Of a stretch of 64,000 bases of DNA, positions 63,626 through 64,000 are shown in pieces. A program made the translations under genes and the position numbers. The stretch is from contig CAVRJG010000033.1 of assembly GCA_963721455.1 (NCBI GenBank), positions 32,001 through 96,000 of the forward strand, read 5' to 3'. This DNA comes from an uncultured Methanosarcinaceae archaeon. GTDB lineage: Archaea; Halobacteriota; Methanosarcinia; Methanosarcinales; Methanosarcinaceae. Position 1 is the stretch's first letter. Each line of letters starts with the position of its first letter. A model generated the notes under the pieces. The model was not told the DNA's origin. It ran no database searches and worked only from the letters and a program-made list of their open reading frames with translations.

Positions 63626-64000
63626 AATTCCAGAAGTTTGTCAGCAGATAATATTGACGCTACTGCTACGATCCCACAGTCAACTGGCTGCATTTGTCAA
63701 AGTCCAGACAATAATAAAAATATTTCTTTTTGTGTTCCTTAATATGCAGGCAGCAACCCATTTTAGCTCTCGATGATTGATAAAACCGAGTTAAAGTCGC
63801 AAATTACCAGATTTTAAGTTTTATGTCCGGCAGAAGCGGATAAAACAAATTTACTTGTTTTAAATAATTTTTCAGCTTATTCCGGCTGTTCAATTGATAA
63901 CTTTTTATAACATAATTTTTAATTAAAGAATATAAATACATATGTATTTATAGTATGAATTTTTGAAATTACGGCTGTCTATAGAACTTAGAGAGGGATT

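Overview
Chromosomal window from a Methanosarcina species, identified by the complete pyrrolysine locus (pylT-S-B-C-D, with convergent ramA), ycaO-tfuA and typical Methanosarcina housekeeping genes. From left to right it holds tRNA-modification genes (trm11-like, truA), purP, a HerA-like ATPase, leuD/leuB and a Ni/peptide-type ABC transporter operon with two substrate-binding proteins. Next come an accessory stretch with three orphan CRISPR-like mini-arrays interleaved with a cupin gene and a secreted-protein gene, then alaS, a feo locus that has lost feoB, rpl10e, aIF2-beta and a cysteine-less radical-SAM homologue. The rest carries trpS, pheS, an MFS transporter, a CopB-like ATPase, fluoride riboswitch-crcB, a GC-rich P-type ATPase, ycaO-tfuA, a duplicated universal-stress-protein cluster and the pyl locus. 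The most unusual signals are (1) cas-less CRISPR repeat-spacer-repeat units bracketing whole genes, (2) conserved AUU start codons and a shared 39-bp palindromic operator in both ABC substrate-binding paralogues, (3) a radical-SAM/SPASM protein lacking its cluster cysteines, and (4) an amber stop on pylB placed 1 nt before the pylC start. Single frameshifts in trpS, pylS and the Cu ATPase may be assembly indels. All calls were made by eye from the sequence and from remembered family motifs; no database searches were run.
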